The position numbers and the translations under genes were made by a program. From Candidatus Latescibacterota bacterium (GTDB lineage: Bacteria > Latescibacterota > UBA2968 > UBA8231), in contig CBDCDC010000002.1 of NCBI GenBank assembly GCA_965215195.1, forward strand, positions 736,001 through 800,000: 64,000 nt of DNA, written 5' to 3'. Of this stretch, positions 27,632 through 37,474 are shown piece by piece. Position 1 is the first letter of the stretch. Every line of letters begins with the position of its first letter. The notes under the pieces were generated by a model. The model ran no database searches, was not told the origin of the DNA, and saw only the letters and a list, made by a program, of their open reading frames with translations.

Positions 27632-29677
27632 TTAATATGCGATACCGACCGCCCTCAATTGCAGATCGCTGGCGTCTTCGGCTTCAATCTCAATGCCCAA
27701 GAGATACACCCCCGGGGCGAGCGCCTCACCGCGCTGGTCGCGGCCGTCCCAGCGCAAGCGCTGGGGGCCAGACCCTTGCTGGCCGCGCTGGACTTGCGCC
27801 ACCCGGCGGCCGTCCAGCGAGAACACCTGCAGCTGTACGGGCACTGATTGCGGCAGGGCGAAGAGCGAGTAGGAAATGACTAGCTCGTCGTTGACTCCGT
27901 CGCTGTTGGGGGTAATCACGCCGCTGGAGAACCGCACATCCTGTACCAACTGCGGATTGGCCGCGCTCGAGGCCAAGACGCGCAGGCTATTGGTGCCGAC
28001 CGCGTCGCTGACGTCCCCGCCTTCGATCGGCTGCGGCAGGTCCGCGCTGCCGGCATTGAAAACCTCCCCTTCAAAGGTGCGCGCAAAATCGAAGACTTTG
28101 GCGGAAAAAATCACCCGCAAATTAGGATTGTAGGCGCGGCTTATGCGCTGCGGCAGTTGCACGACAAAGCCGTCGTCCACAATCGCGAGCCCGGCCGGAT
28201 CCGTGGCGACCCCATCCACTTCCAGCCCCTCGAACTCGGTTTGCGCGCTGCCAGTGCTAATCCGCAGGGCGTCAAAACCCACTTCCCCAGCCGCGAAATC
28301 CGCCTTGACGTCGTAGGTGAAGCCCGTCCTTTCGCCCAAGGCGACCTCGGCCACGCCGCGCGCCGGGTTGGGTTGGCCGAGCTGGGCTATCTCGGCTAGG
28401 ACGCGGCGGGCCAAGATCGGCGAGGTCTCAATCCACAGGGAATCGAGGCGCACGAACTCGTCGAACCGCTCGCTGTGCAGCACCACCTTGATCTGCAAAT
28501 GCGACCCGCGATTGAGGTTGAGGGGCCGGTCGGACTCGGTCGTCGGAAAGGACCAGAACGTCCAGTTTTGTTGGTCGTACTCAATGCCAGCGCGGAGCCC
28601 TGGCTTGGGCCGGGTGGAAAGGGTCAAGGTTCCGCCCAAGCCATCGGCATTAGTAACGGCCGCACTTTGGTTTTTCAGCACGCCCTGATAGCGGGCCTGC
28701 TCCACGACGACGCGCGTCCCCATATCCGTAAACTCGTAGTAGATGTCTGGAACCGCGTCGATCCCGGTGCGCGCTTCGACCTCGATCTGCACGTTGGCGT
28801 CCGGGGCTTCCTCGGCCACGCCGTCGACTAGGCGCATAGGCGTGGCTTTCCAGAACAACCGCCCGAAGTTGACGACCGTGCCGAGGTCGAAAATGACCGT
28901 CTTGTACGTGGCCCGCTTGGGGATTCCCTCTCCCCAGAGGAAGAACTCGGCCACCGTCCCCTTGCGCGCCGTGCCCGAATGCCCGGACGACTGATTGGTC
29001 GCCTCGTCGAGGATCGAATTTTTGCGCTTGTAGCGCACGTAGCGCACGTATTGCAAGGGAAAATTTGCCGCGATCTTGGGGACGACGTTTTCGCGCGCCT
29101 CGGCGATCACTTCCCCGATGGGATTGGACGTGTGCAGCACGTCGTTGTTGGTGTCCGCAGCGATCGACACCTCAAAGGCCGGGATGGCGTCTTCCTCCAG
29201 CGGGGTTCCGTCCGAGCGGTAGAACCCCTTGTCCGGCGTGCTCATGGCAAAGCGAAACAGCGGCACCGGCACCCCCAAATCAATGGTGTAGTACTCGCTG
29301 GTAATGCTGTTGCTGGTCACCGGATTGTACGTCGCGCCATTGCCGTCGATGAGGTTGAGCGCGTTGTCAACCGTCGAAGAGGTGCCGGAGCCACCCTTCC
29401 AAGCGCGGGGCCGCTCCCCATCGACAAAACCCAGCTCGTCCGGGTTCTTTTTGGGCGACCAATTGTCGAGCAGGGGAAAGACCGTCGTATCCGCGCTGAC
29501 CAGCACCGGCTGGATCGAGTTGTTCGGTCCGGCAAAGTCAATCATTACTTGGGCCGAGTCGCTAGCGGCCCAGCTGAGGCCGCTGCCTCCGATCTGCCAC
29601 AAAGAAATGTCCGCGGCCGCGCTCGTAGCCGATGCGGCGGCGAGGAACCAAAGCCACAAATTCGCTAGACGTTTCAT
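27632..29677 (-). CDS. Secreted discoidin/FlgD-Ig family protein ending GIAY
   Basis: Signal peptide; WQIGG, LIDGN..YTIDLG, IFDLG, WTFWS, ITPNSDGVND, WDGRD..LAPGVY. Confidence 0.85.
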   Translation of the reverse strand: MKRLANLWLWFLAAASATSAAADISLWQIGGSGLSWAASDSAQVMIDFAGPNNSIQPVLVSADTTVFPLLDNWSPKKNPDELGFVDGERPRAWKGGSGTSSTVDNALNLIDGNGATYNPVTSNSITSEYYTIDLGVPVPLFRFAMSTPDKGFYRSDGTPLEEDAIPAFEVSIAADTNNDVLHTSNPIGEVIAEARENVVPKIAANFPLQYVRYVRYKRKNSILDEATNQSSGHSGTARKGTVAEFFLWGEGIPKRATYKTVIFDLGTVVNFGRLFWKATPMRLVDGVAEEAPDANVQIEVEARTGIDAVPDIYYEFTDMGTRVVVEQARYQGVLKNQSAAVTNADGLGGTLTLSTRPKPGLRAGIEYDQQNWTFWSFPTTESDRPLNLNRGSHLQIKVVLHSERFDEFVRLDSLWIETSPILARRVLAEIAQLGQPNPARGVAEVALGERTGFTYDVKADFAAGEVGFDALRISTGSAQTEFEGLEVDGVATDPAGLAIVDDGFVVQLPQRISRAYNPNLRVIFSAKVFDFARTFEGEVFNAGSADLPQPIEGGDVSDAVGTNSLRVLASSAANPQLVQDVRFSSGVITPNSDGVNDELVISYSLFALPQSVPVQLQVFSLDGRRVAQVQRGQQGSGPQRLRWDGRDQRGEALAPGVYLLGIEIEAEDASDLQLRAVGIAY

Positions 29678-29712
29678 GTTGCTCTCTCCCGCTTGGCAAG
29701 AGTATAAAAAAT

Positions 29713-31461
29713 TTACCGAGACGCCGCTGTTTTCTCTTTCTCAGCGGCGAGCGCGTACTGTTCAAGCGCATCGCCGTTGATGCCCCATGCAGACTTGTCG
29801 CGCAACTCAAGGTTGAGGGTGCGCAATGCGCGCTGCTGCTTGGCTTGGCGGGCCAAGTAGTGGGCCTTCTGTTGGCTCAAGTCGTATTCTTGCACTCGCT
29901 TGGGCCGGCGCTGCAAGACCTTGAAGATCGAAAAGGCCCTTGCCAAAGGCCGGGGGTCGCGCAGGGAAGACGGCAAGGGGTCGACCAGTTCAATCGGGCC
30001 TTGCAATTCCCTTGCGGGCGCGGATACGGCCGCGTCCATCAGCTCCTTGTACACGATCTTTTCAAATGCGCGCAGCGCGTACAGCCCGCCGTTTTCGTCC
30101 GCGTCGCGCCGGATGCTGTGCTCGGTCGCCAGTGCGCCCATGTCGGCCCCATTGCGAATTTGTTCCAGCAGCTCTTGGGCGAGCGACTCGTCGGCGACCA
30201 TGATTTCTTGGACCACGATTTCTTCGGGTGCCCAGTACATCTCGGGATGCGCTTCGTAGTGGGCGCGCGCTTCCTCTTCGCTCACCTCTAAGGCCCCTTC
30301 GAGCAGCTCTTCCCACAGCCCTTGCAGCAGCAGCCGCTCCTTTTCAGCTTCCACCTTCTCCTGCACCTCGGGCCGCTCACCGTATCCACCGCGCTCGGCT
30401 GCCAAGCCCAAGAGCAGGTCCGGCGCCCCGCGGCGGCGCACGCGATCGTCGAGCAGGGCACTGTCAATTTGGGCGCGGCCCAGCCGCGTATTGTGCAGCA
30501 AATAGCTGCCCTGCTGCACGGTGATGACGCCGCCATCGTACTCGTAGAGCGGGGCCGCCCACTCCTCGGGCGCAAGCTGGGGCGCGCCGGGCTGTTCGTT
30601 CCAAGCCGCGACAAAGCGCCGCACCCGCTCCCCCACCGGGCGCAAGCCGCTCTCGGCGACTAGCTCGTCAATGTGCTCGCTGCGCAAGTTCTCAATTTTT
30701 TCGAGGAAGGTCGCCCGCTGGATCACCGAGCGATACTTTTCAAAAGACACCAATTTCTTATCCACGACCTTGGCGATCTCCCAGCCTTGGGGCGTGCGGA
30801 AGGGCGGGCTGACCTCGCCTGTATCCAACGAAAACACGCGGTCGTACACGCGGTCGGAGACCCGATCGAACGCATAGTACGAAGCAAACCAGCCCCCATC
30901 AGCCGCGGTTGCCGCGTCCCGCGAATGCTGGCGCGCCATGTCCTCAAAGGTGGCCCGGCCGGCCTCGATTTCCGCGTAGATGGAATCGGCGCGAGCGCGG
31001 CTGTCGAGCAGGATGTGCGCCCCGCGCACGGCGTGGCGGGCCGGATGCACGGCAAAATTGGCCCGCAGCTCGTCTTCGGAAATCTCGATCTGTAGGCCGA
31101 CCTGCTCGCGGATATAGGCTTCGACCATGGCCTTGTGCCGGGCGAGGTCCACGGCCTTGATCCATTCGGGATCTTTATCCAACCCCCGCTCATACGCCTC
31201 GCGCACCATGAGCTTGATGTCGATCAAACTCAGCAGGTGCTCGCGGTGCTTTTCCACGCCCGGCGCCAGCGAGTGGTGCTGCGATTGGATCTGGGCTTCG
31301 TAGCGGCGGAATTCGCGCTCGTCGATTAGGTCGTCGCCGACTTGGGCCAAGGCGGTGCCCGTCACCACTAAGCCACCCCCCTCTGCGATCGGGGCCGCCG
31401 GCTCTTGAACACAAGACAATAGGATCGCGCAGACGGCGAACCACTTCGCGTTATGGATCAT
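29713..31461 (-). CDS. Double parvulin (PpiC/SurA/PrsA-like) peptidyl-prolyl isomerase lipoprotein
   Basis: Lipobox ILLSC; AHILL..FEDMARQHSRD..GG..GEVSPPFRTPQGW; second domain VQEIMV..GADMGALATEHS..GG. Confidence 0.85.
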   Translation of the reverse strand: MIHNAKWFAVCAILLSCVQEPAAPIAEGGGLVVTGTALAQVGDDLIDEREFRRYEAQIQSQHHSLAPGVEKHREHLLSLIDIKLMVREAYERGLDKDPEWIKAVDLARHKAMVEAYIREQVGLQIEISEDELRANFAVHPARHAVRGAHILLDSRARADSIYAEIEAGRATFEDMARQHSRDAATAADGGWFASYYAFDRVSDRVYDRVFSLDTGEVSPPFRTPQGWEIAKVVDKKLVSFEKYRSVIQRATFLEKIENLRSEHIDELVAESGLRPVGERVRRFVAAWNEQPGAPQLAPEEWAAPLYEYDGGVITVQQGSYLLHNTRLGRAQIDSALLDDRVRRRGAPDLLLGLAAERGGYGERPEVQEKVEAEKERLLLQGLWEELLEGALEVSEEEARAHYEAHPEMYWAPEEIVVQEIMVADESLAQELLEQIRNGADMGALATEHSIRRDADENGGLYALRAFEKIVYKELMDAAVSAPARELQGPIELVDPLPSSLRDPRPLARAFSIFKVLQRRPKRVQEYDLSQQKAHYLARQAKQQRALRTLNLELRDKSAWGINGDALEQYALAAEKEKTAASR

Positions 31462-32839
31462 CTTTTTGCTTTCTAATCAAGGCGTCGGCCAGGCGTTTGT
31501 GTTCTTCGCTTTTGGCGATTTGCCCCAGCCGCTTGTAGGCTTCGGCCAAGGCTTGGTGAGCACCGAGCCAGTTTTCGTCGAGCGCGAGGGCGCGGTTGAG
31601 CATGGCGATGGCCTCGTCCGTGCGCTGCTGGTTCAAGTAGGCCTGCCCGAGGGCGGCAAAGGCGGCCACATGCTCGGGCTCTTGCTGAATAATCTGCTGA
31701 TAGGCGGCCGCCGCTTGGTCGAAATGGCCGGTGCGCAAGTAGATGTTGCCCATGTTGTTCAGCGCCCGCACGTGCGCGGGATTGATCCGCACGGCTTGGG
31801 CGTAGTGCGGCAGGGCCACGCCGGTAAACCCCAAGCGATTGTATATAAAACCCAAGCTGTAATGGGCTTCGGCGTCGTCTGAGTCGCTGCGCAGCTGCTC
31901 GCGGTAGCGCTGGATATCCCCCTCGACCTGCTTGATCTTCTCGTACGCGGCGAGGGATTTTTCTCCGGCGGCCTCGCGGCCCTGCCGCAGGTGGATCTGG
32001 CCCAGCAGGCGGAAGGACTCGGCAAATCCGGGTTCGATTAGGATGGCCCGGCGGAAGCGAGCGGCCGCAGCCGCTAGGTCGTTTTGGCGCATCTGGATCC
32101 GCCCCAGTTGCAGATGCGCCTCCGCGTACGTGGTGTCGGCCGCCAGCGTGCGCTCAAAGTACTCGGCCGCTCCCGCGTCGTCGCCCTCTTGCAGCCGAAT
32201 CTCCCCCATCGCATAGAGCGCACGTGCGTTCTGCGGCCTTGCCACCAAGACCTGCTGCAGGGCCTCGCTGGCGTCTGCATAGCGGCCCAAGCCCGCGTAC
32301 ACCAGCCCGAGGTTGAAGCGGGTGTGGAGGTGTTCGGGCCGCAGCGCCAAGGCGCGCTCGTACTCGTGGGCGGCGTCGCCCAGCCGTCCCTGCTTGCTGT
32401 ACACGGCCGCCTTGTTGCGCCGCGCTGGCGCGTACGTTGAGTCCAACGCTAAGGCCGAGGCAAACGCAGCGTGGGCTTCGTCGTAGCGGCTCAGCTTCAG
32501 ATGCACATTGCCCAAGGCGACGAGCCATTCAGGCTGGTCGGATTCGAGGGCCACGGCCATTTCGTAGAATTGGGTCGCCTCTTCGGGCCGGCCCAAGGCC
32601 AAGTGGATGCGGCCCAGCGTGGCCAGCACCTCGCCCGACTGCGGATGGCGCTTCCGCGCTTGTCCGTACACCGCCAGCGCGTCCGCGTAGCGCTTCTGCT
32701 GCAACAGGGCGCGCCCGACCAGCAGCGGATCCTCAACCGGAGGAGGCTGCCCTACAGGCTGCGAGGCCGGAGCTTCCGGCGCGGTCTCGCAGCTAACTAC
32801 CAGCGCAACGCCCAGCGCGCATGAAACCCATGTAATCAC
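31451..32839 (-). CDS. TPR-repeat lipoprotein
   Basis: Lipobox LVVSC; many TPRs (FNLGLVYA, ALNNMGNIYL). Confidence 0.88.
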   Translation of the reverse strand: MITWVSCALGVALVVSCETAPEAPASQPVGQPPPVEDPLLVGRALLQQKRYADALAVYGQARKRHPQSGEVLATLGRIHLALGRPEEATQFYEMAVALESDQPEWLVALGNVHLKLSRYDEAHAAFASALALDSTYAPARRNKAAVYSKQGRLGDAAHEYERALALRPEHLHTRFNLGLVYAGLGRYADASEALQQVLVARPQNARALYAMGEIRLQEGDDAGAAEYFERTLAADTTYAEAHLQLGRIQMRQNDLAAAAARFRRAILIEPGFAESFRLLGQIHLRQGREAAGEKSLAAYEKIKQVEGDIQRYREQLRSDSDDAEAHYSLGFIYNRLGFTGVALPHYAQAVRINPAHVRALNNMGNIYLRTGHFDQAAAAYQQIIQQEPEHVAAFAALGQAYLNQQRTDEAIAMLNRALALDENWLGAHQALAEAYKRLGQIAKSEEHKRLADALIRKQKDDP

Positions 32840-34461
32840 CGACTTGTACCTTCCTCTATGTCCACGTATTGCCGCCCGGGCAGGGCTTCCACGACTTGGA
32901 CGGCACCGGACGGCCAGCGAATCTCGACCCGCTCGGCGACCTCGGCGCTCCCGAGGCCAAAGAGCACGCGCGGGTCGTTCGACGACAGATAGCTCGCGCT
33001 GCGGCGAACCTCGCGCACGAGGGTGCGGCCGCTGGTCGTCAGCGCGATCCGCGCCCCAATGGCGTCGCGGTTGCTCGCCGCACCCCGCAACCTAAGCCCC
33101 AACCATCCACCGACATCTGCGTCGTTGCGCAACAGGGCCGGCCGGTCGTTGGAGTTGTTCACTGCAATATCTAAATCGCCGTCGCCATCGAGGTCGCCAA
33201 AGGCGGCCCCGCGACTGACCTGCACCAGTGCGAGGCCCGGGCCGCGGTCGCCGCGCTCTACAAAAGTGCCCGCGCCGGCGTTTTCCAAAAGCTGATTGCG
33301 CTGCGCGTACTCGGCCGCCCGATCGACCTTTTCCACGTTGTCGTACACGTGGCCATTGGCCACGAATAGGTCGAGGTCGCCGTCGTTGTCCCAGTCGAAA
33401 AATCCCGTGCCAAACCCTAAAAAGGCCATGCTGGCGCGGGTGATGCCCGACGCTGCGGTCGCGTCGGCAAAGAACCCCCCGCCCAAGTTGTTGTACAGGG
33501 TATTGCTCTCCCACTGGAAGTTGGTCACGAACAAATCCAAATCCCCGTCGCCGTCTGCATCGGCCATGTCAACGCCCATCCCGGCCTCAGCGACCCCTGC
33601 GCCGTTGAGGCTGGTGCCGCTGGCCAGCCCCCGATCGACAAAGCGCGCGCCGTCGTTGCGGTAGAGCATGTTGGGCACGAGGTCGTTGGCCAAGTACAGA
33701 TCGGGATCGCCGTCTTGGTCGTAGTCGCCAAAGACGACTCCTAACTCCTTGCCGGCTGTGCTGACCAAGCCGTACTCAGCGGTGCGGTCGGCAAAGGCGC
33801 GGCCCTCGTTGATATAGAGGCGATCAACTTGGCCGTCGAACTTGCGCGGGTCGCAGTAGAGCCGCTCCTCCCTGTTGCCGATCCGGCACACGAGCGGATC
33901 TTCGGTCGGGTAGTCGAGGTAGTTGCCGACGAATAGGTCCAAATCCCCGTCGAGATCCACGTCGGCAAAGGCCGCGCTCGTCCCCCACCCCGGACAGCCG
34001 ACGCCGGTTGTGGCCGTGACGTCGGCAAAGCGGCCTTGTCCGCGATTGTGAAAGAGCGCGTTGGCCCCAAAATTGGTGACGTAGAGGTCGGCGCGGCCGT
34101 CGTTGTCCCAGTCGCCAACGGTCGCGCCCATGCCGTAGCCGCGGTCGCCAACGCCAGCCCGCGCCGTTTGCTCTGAGAAGCGGCCCGCACCGTTGTTGCG
34201 AAAGAGCGCGTTGGCCGCTGCGGGCGCGTTCGATAGATGGGGCAGCCGCCCGGCGTTGACCAAGTAGAGGTCGAGTGCGCCATCGCCGTCGAAATCCAAA
34301 AACGCGGCCCCAGAGCCATAGGTCTCGGGCAAATAGCGCGCACCGGCCGCGCCGCTGCGGTGGACGAAATCGACCCCAGCGGATTGCGCGATATCGACAA
34401 AGCGCGCTTCTGCGGCCGCACTGCAACACAGCATCAAGACCATCGCGTAGCGCCCCTTCAC
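32836..34461 (-). CDS. CRTAC1-family FG-GAP/ASPIC-UnbV protein
   Basis: GVDFVH, DFDGDGALD, AGMGVD, SRGAAFGDLDGDGDLD, SNRDAIGA, YLSSNDPRVLFGLG, WPSG. Confidence 0.92.
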   Translation of the reverse strand: MKGRYAMVLMLCCSAAAEARFVDIAQSAGVDFVHRSGAAGARYLPETYGSGAAFLDFDGDGALDLYLVNAGRLPHLSNAPAAANALFRNNGAGRFSEQTARAGVGDRGYGMGATVGDWDNDGRADLYVTNFGANALFHNRGQGRFADVTATTGVGCPGWGTSAAFADVDLDGDLDLFVGNYLDYPTEDPLVCRIGNREERLYCDPRKFDGQVDRLYINEGRAFADRTAEYGLVSTAGKELGVVFGDYDQDGDPDLYLANDLVPNMLYRNDGARFVDRGLASGTSLNGAGVAEAGMGVDMADADGDGDLDLFVTNFQWESNTLYNNLGGGFFADATAASGITRASMAFLGFGTGFFDWDNDGDLDLFVANGHVYDNVEKVDRAAEYAQRNQLLENAGAGTFVERGDRGPGLALVQVSRGAAFGDLDGDGDLDIAVNNSNDRPALLRNDADVGGWLGLRLRGAASNRDAIGARIALTTSGRTLVREVRRSASYLSSNDPRVLFGLGSAEVAERVEIRWPSGAVQVVEALPGRQYVDIEEGTSR

Positions 34462-36149
34462 GGCCCCGGCCTCGGCACCGGCCCAAACCCCTCGGCGACA
34501 AGGCCTGCGCCGCGCCGGATAGTGACCAGCCGGTTGCCCTCCACCCGGTCGATGCGCTCCTCCACCCCATCGGGCCAGCGCACCACGAGACCGTCGGCCG
34601 CAGTCGCCTCCCCCAAGCCGAAGTGCAGCCGCAGGTCGTCCTGTGACAGGTAGCCCGTGCCCGCGCGCACCTCCCGCATCTGCACCGCGCCATTCACCGA
34701 TACTGCAACTCGCGCACCAATGGCGTCCGCATTGCCTCCAGCGCCGAGCAGCCTCACCATCAGATAGTTGTGGCGATTGCCCCCGTCGTTGCGCAGCAAG
34801 GTCGGGGTGTCGTCGATATTGACCACCACAATGTCCAAGTCGCCGTCGTTGTCCAAATCCCCGAAGGCCGAGCCGCGACTCGACTTTTCCACTGCTAGGC
34901 CCGGGCCCGCGGCCGCACTGACCTCGGCAAAGGCGCCGCCGCGATTTTCAAACAGGTGGTTGCGCTGGGCGTAGCGGGTCCCCAAGTCGCGGCGGTCAAC
35001 AGCCGGGTACACGTGGCCGTTGGCCACGAACAGGTCGTCGTCGCCATCGTTGTCGCAATCGAAAAAACCCGTGCCCCACCCTAAAGAACTAATGCTTGCA
35101 CGGCCCAAGACCGAACTGAAACTGGCGTCGGTAAAAAACCCCCGGCCATTGTTCTCGTAGAGCGCGTTGTTGTCGTGCGAGAAATTGGTGACGAAGAGGT
35201 CGAAATCGCCGTCGCGATCGTAGTCGCCGCCGGCCAAGCCCATGCCGCCCTGTTCGCGGCCGTCCTCGCTGTACGCGGTCGCCGACAGGAGCGCTACGTC
35301 CGCAAACGCACCGCGGTCGTTGCGATAGAGTACATTCGGCGTCGAATCATTGGCAATGTAGATGTCCAAGTCGCCATCCCCATCCCAATCTCCAGCCAGC
35401 GCGGCAAAACCATAGTACTCGTAATCGGCAATGCCAACCGCCGCACTCGCCTCGGCAAAGGTCCAACCCGCGCCGGGGCCATCGTTGCGATAGAATCGAT
35501 CCCGCTCGCCCGGCATCCCGCGCGGGCCGCAGAATACGTCCAGCCCGCGCCAAGTGCAATAGCTCGGATCAACCGGGCGAAACGCCGGGTCAAAGTCGAT
35601 GTAATTGGCCAAGTAAAAGTCCAAGTCGCCGTCGAGGTCGTAGTCGCCAAAGGCCGCAGACGAGCTCCAGCCGCCAAAATCCACGCCCCGCTCAGCGGCC
35701 ACATCGACAAACGTGCCATCGCCCTCGTTTTCGTACAGGGCATTGGGGCCGTAGTTGGCCAAGTACAGATCGGGCCACCCGTCGGCATTGTAGTCGGCCG
35801 CCGCCGCGCCCATGCCCCAGCCCGCGTGGGCGACGCCAGCCTCGCGGCCAACGCCGGTAAAGCACCAAGCGCCTTCATTGCGATACAGCTCGGCGCGGGG
35901 TGCGCGGCCCGGGGCGTACCCGGCGAGGCGCGTACCGTTGACGATAAAGATATCCACGTCTCCGTCTAAGTCGTAGTCTAAAAGGGCCGTCCCGCCCGTG
36001 TTACATTCGACGATGTGCTCTTTTTGCGGCGTTCCAGATACTGTGCGCAAGCGAACGCCCGCTTCGTCAGCCACATCCACGAAAACGGGCCGCACCTCCT
36101 CGCTCCCGCACCCGACCAACGCCCAAATCGCGGCTAGTGCAAACCGCAT
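34458..36149 (-). CDS. CRTAC1-family FG-GAP/ASPIC-UnbV lipoprotein
   Basis: Lipobox ALVGC; DYDLDGD, FCGPRG, GGMGLA, SRGSAFGDLDNDGDLD, YLSQDDLRLHFGLG. Confidence 0.92.
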   Translation of the reverse strand: MRFALAAIWALVGCGSEEVRPVFVDVADEAGVRLRTVSGTPQKEHIVECNTGGTALLDYDLDGDVDIFIVNGTRLAGYAPGRAPRAELYRNEGAWCFTGVGREAGVAHAGWGMGAAAADYNADGWPDLYLANYGPNALYENEGDGTFVDVAAERGVDFGGWSSSAAFGDYDLDGDLDFYLANYIDFDPAFRPVDPSYCTWRGLDVFCGPRGMPGERDRFYRNDGPGAGWTFAEASAAVGIADYEYYGFAALAGDWDGDGDLDIYIANDSTPNVLYRNDRGAFADVALLSATAYSEDGREQGGMGLAGGDYDRDGDFDLFVTNFSHDNNALYENNGRGFFTDASFSSVLGRASISSLGWGTGFFDCDNDGDDDLFVANGHVYPAVDRRDLGTRYAQRNHLFENRGGAFAEVSAAAGPGLAVEKSSRGSAFGDLDNDGDLDIVVVNIDDTPTLLRNDGGNRHNYLMVRLLGAGGNADAIGARVAVSVNGAVQMREVRAGTGYLSQDDLRLHFGLGEATAADGLVVRWPDGVEERIDRVEGNRLVTIRRGAGLVAEGFGPVPRPGP

Positions 36150-36150
36150 T

Positions 36151-37395
36151 TTACTGTTGCGCCCTCAACGCCGCAGCCTCGGCGCGCGCTGCGCGGCCCT
36201 CTGCCACGCGGCCCTGCTGGATCAGGGCGGTGCCCAAGCCTTCGAGGGCCGAGGCCATGCTCCCGTCGAGAGCTAAGGCGCGGCCAAACGCGAGGGCCGC
36301 GGCCTCGTACTCGCCGAGGGCCAAGCTGTTGTTGCCTAGGTTTTCAAAGGCCAAGGCGTAGTCGGGCTTGTGGCGCACCGCACGCAGCAAGAAGGGCCGG
36401 GCAACCGCGTGTCGCTCTTGCTGCGAGTAGATCACCCCGATGTTGTGGCTGGCCTCCGCGTAGGTGGAATCGAGGGCCAAGGCCGCCTCGAATTGCTCAA
36501 GAGCCGCTGCTAGCTCCTTTCGGCGCAAATAAACCAGTCCCAAGTTGAAGTGCGTGGCCACCCGCTTGTCGTCCGCCAGCGGCACGGCCTGGCGATAGAG
36601 CAAGCGGCGGTAGTGATCCTCGTCCATGGTCGCGCTACTCAACTGCTGAAAAAGCTCGATCATCCGCGCCCCCTCAGCGACGCGGTCCAAGCGCGCATAG
36701 AGCGTACCCAAGCTGTAATAGGCCGAGGTGTACCCCGGGTCTGCGGCGATAGTCCGCTCCATGGCCGCCATGGCCTGCAGATCGTCCTGCAAGCGCAAGT
36801 AGATCAGCGCCAAGTAGTAGTGGGCGTGGGCCAAGCCGGGGTCGAGCTCAATCGCCTTGCGCAGCGCAGTCTTGGCGTTTTCATTGTCGCCGCGCGAACA
36901 CAGCACAAAGCCCAACACGAAGTGCCCATAGCCGCTCTGCCCGGCCAGTTGCAGTCCCTTTTCAGCCATTGCAATGGCCTTTGCGTACCCGTCGCCGCGC
37001 TCGTTGTACAGCAGCGCCAAGGCCCAGTATACCTCGGCAAAGGCCGGCGCTTTTTCGAGTGCATGCTTAAAGGCGGCTATGGCCTCGCTCTTGCGATGCT
37101 CCTTGGCGAGGGCAACCCCGAGGTAGTAGTGGGCATCCACGTCGTCGGGCGCGGCCGCGACCCGCTCGGACAGCACGGCGACGGCGCGGCGCGTGCGGTC
37201 CTTTTGCAGGTAGAGCCACCCCAAGGTCAAGAGCACCTCTGGGTCTGCGGGGTTTTGCTCGTAAGCGCGCTGGTAGAACGCGAGGGGCTGGGGCGCAGCA
37301 GGCTTTTTGAGGACGTGGCGTTCCGGGGAACCGCAGCCGATCCCTCCGAGGAGGCCGACCAGCCCTATCCACATCACGGCAAGGCGCATGTCCAT
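36151..37395 (-). CDS. TPR-repeat lipoprotein
   Basis: MDMRLAVMWIGLVGLLGGIGC lipobox; TPRs (AHYYLG, AYYSLG, THFNLG, AFENLG); upstream ORF extension overlaps the previous gene and was ignored. Confidence 0.85.
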   Translation of the reverse strand: MDMRLAVMWIGLVGLLGGIGCGSPERHVLKKPAAPQPLAFYQRAYEQNPADPEVLLTLGWLYLQKDRTRRAVAVLSERVAAAPDDVDAHYYLGVALAKEHRKSEAIAAFKHALEKAPAFAEVYWALALLYNERGDGYAKAIAMAEKGLQLAGQSGYGHFVLGFVLCSRGDNENAKTALRKAIELDPGLAHAHYYLALIYLRLQDDLQAMAAMERTIAADPGYTSAYYSLGTLYARLDRVAEGARMIELFQQLSSATMDEDHYRRLLYRQAVPLADDKRVATHFNLGLVYLRRKELAAALEQFEAALALDSTYAEASHNIGVIYSQQERHAVARPFLLRAVRHKPDYALAFENLGNNSLALGEYEAAALAFGRALALDGSMASALEGLGTALIQQGRVAEGRAARAEAAALRAQQ

Positions 37396-37408
37396 GTTGT
37401 TGGGCAGT

Positions 37409-37448
37409 AAAGCGCCCGGCATCTCCGCTAGAGAACGCCGGGCGCTTT
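37409..37448 (-). terminator. Strong intergenic hairpin (terminator or processing site)
   Basis: AAAGCGCCCGGC (37409-37420) / GCCGGGCGCTTT (37437-37448), perfect 12-bp inverted repeat just after the stop at 37475. Confidence 0.6.
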
Positions 37449-37474
37449 GGATCCACAAGGAAATAGTGCCGCCC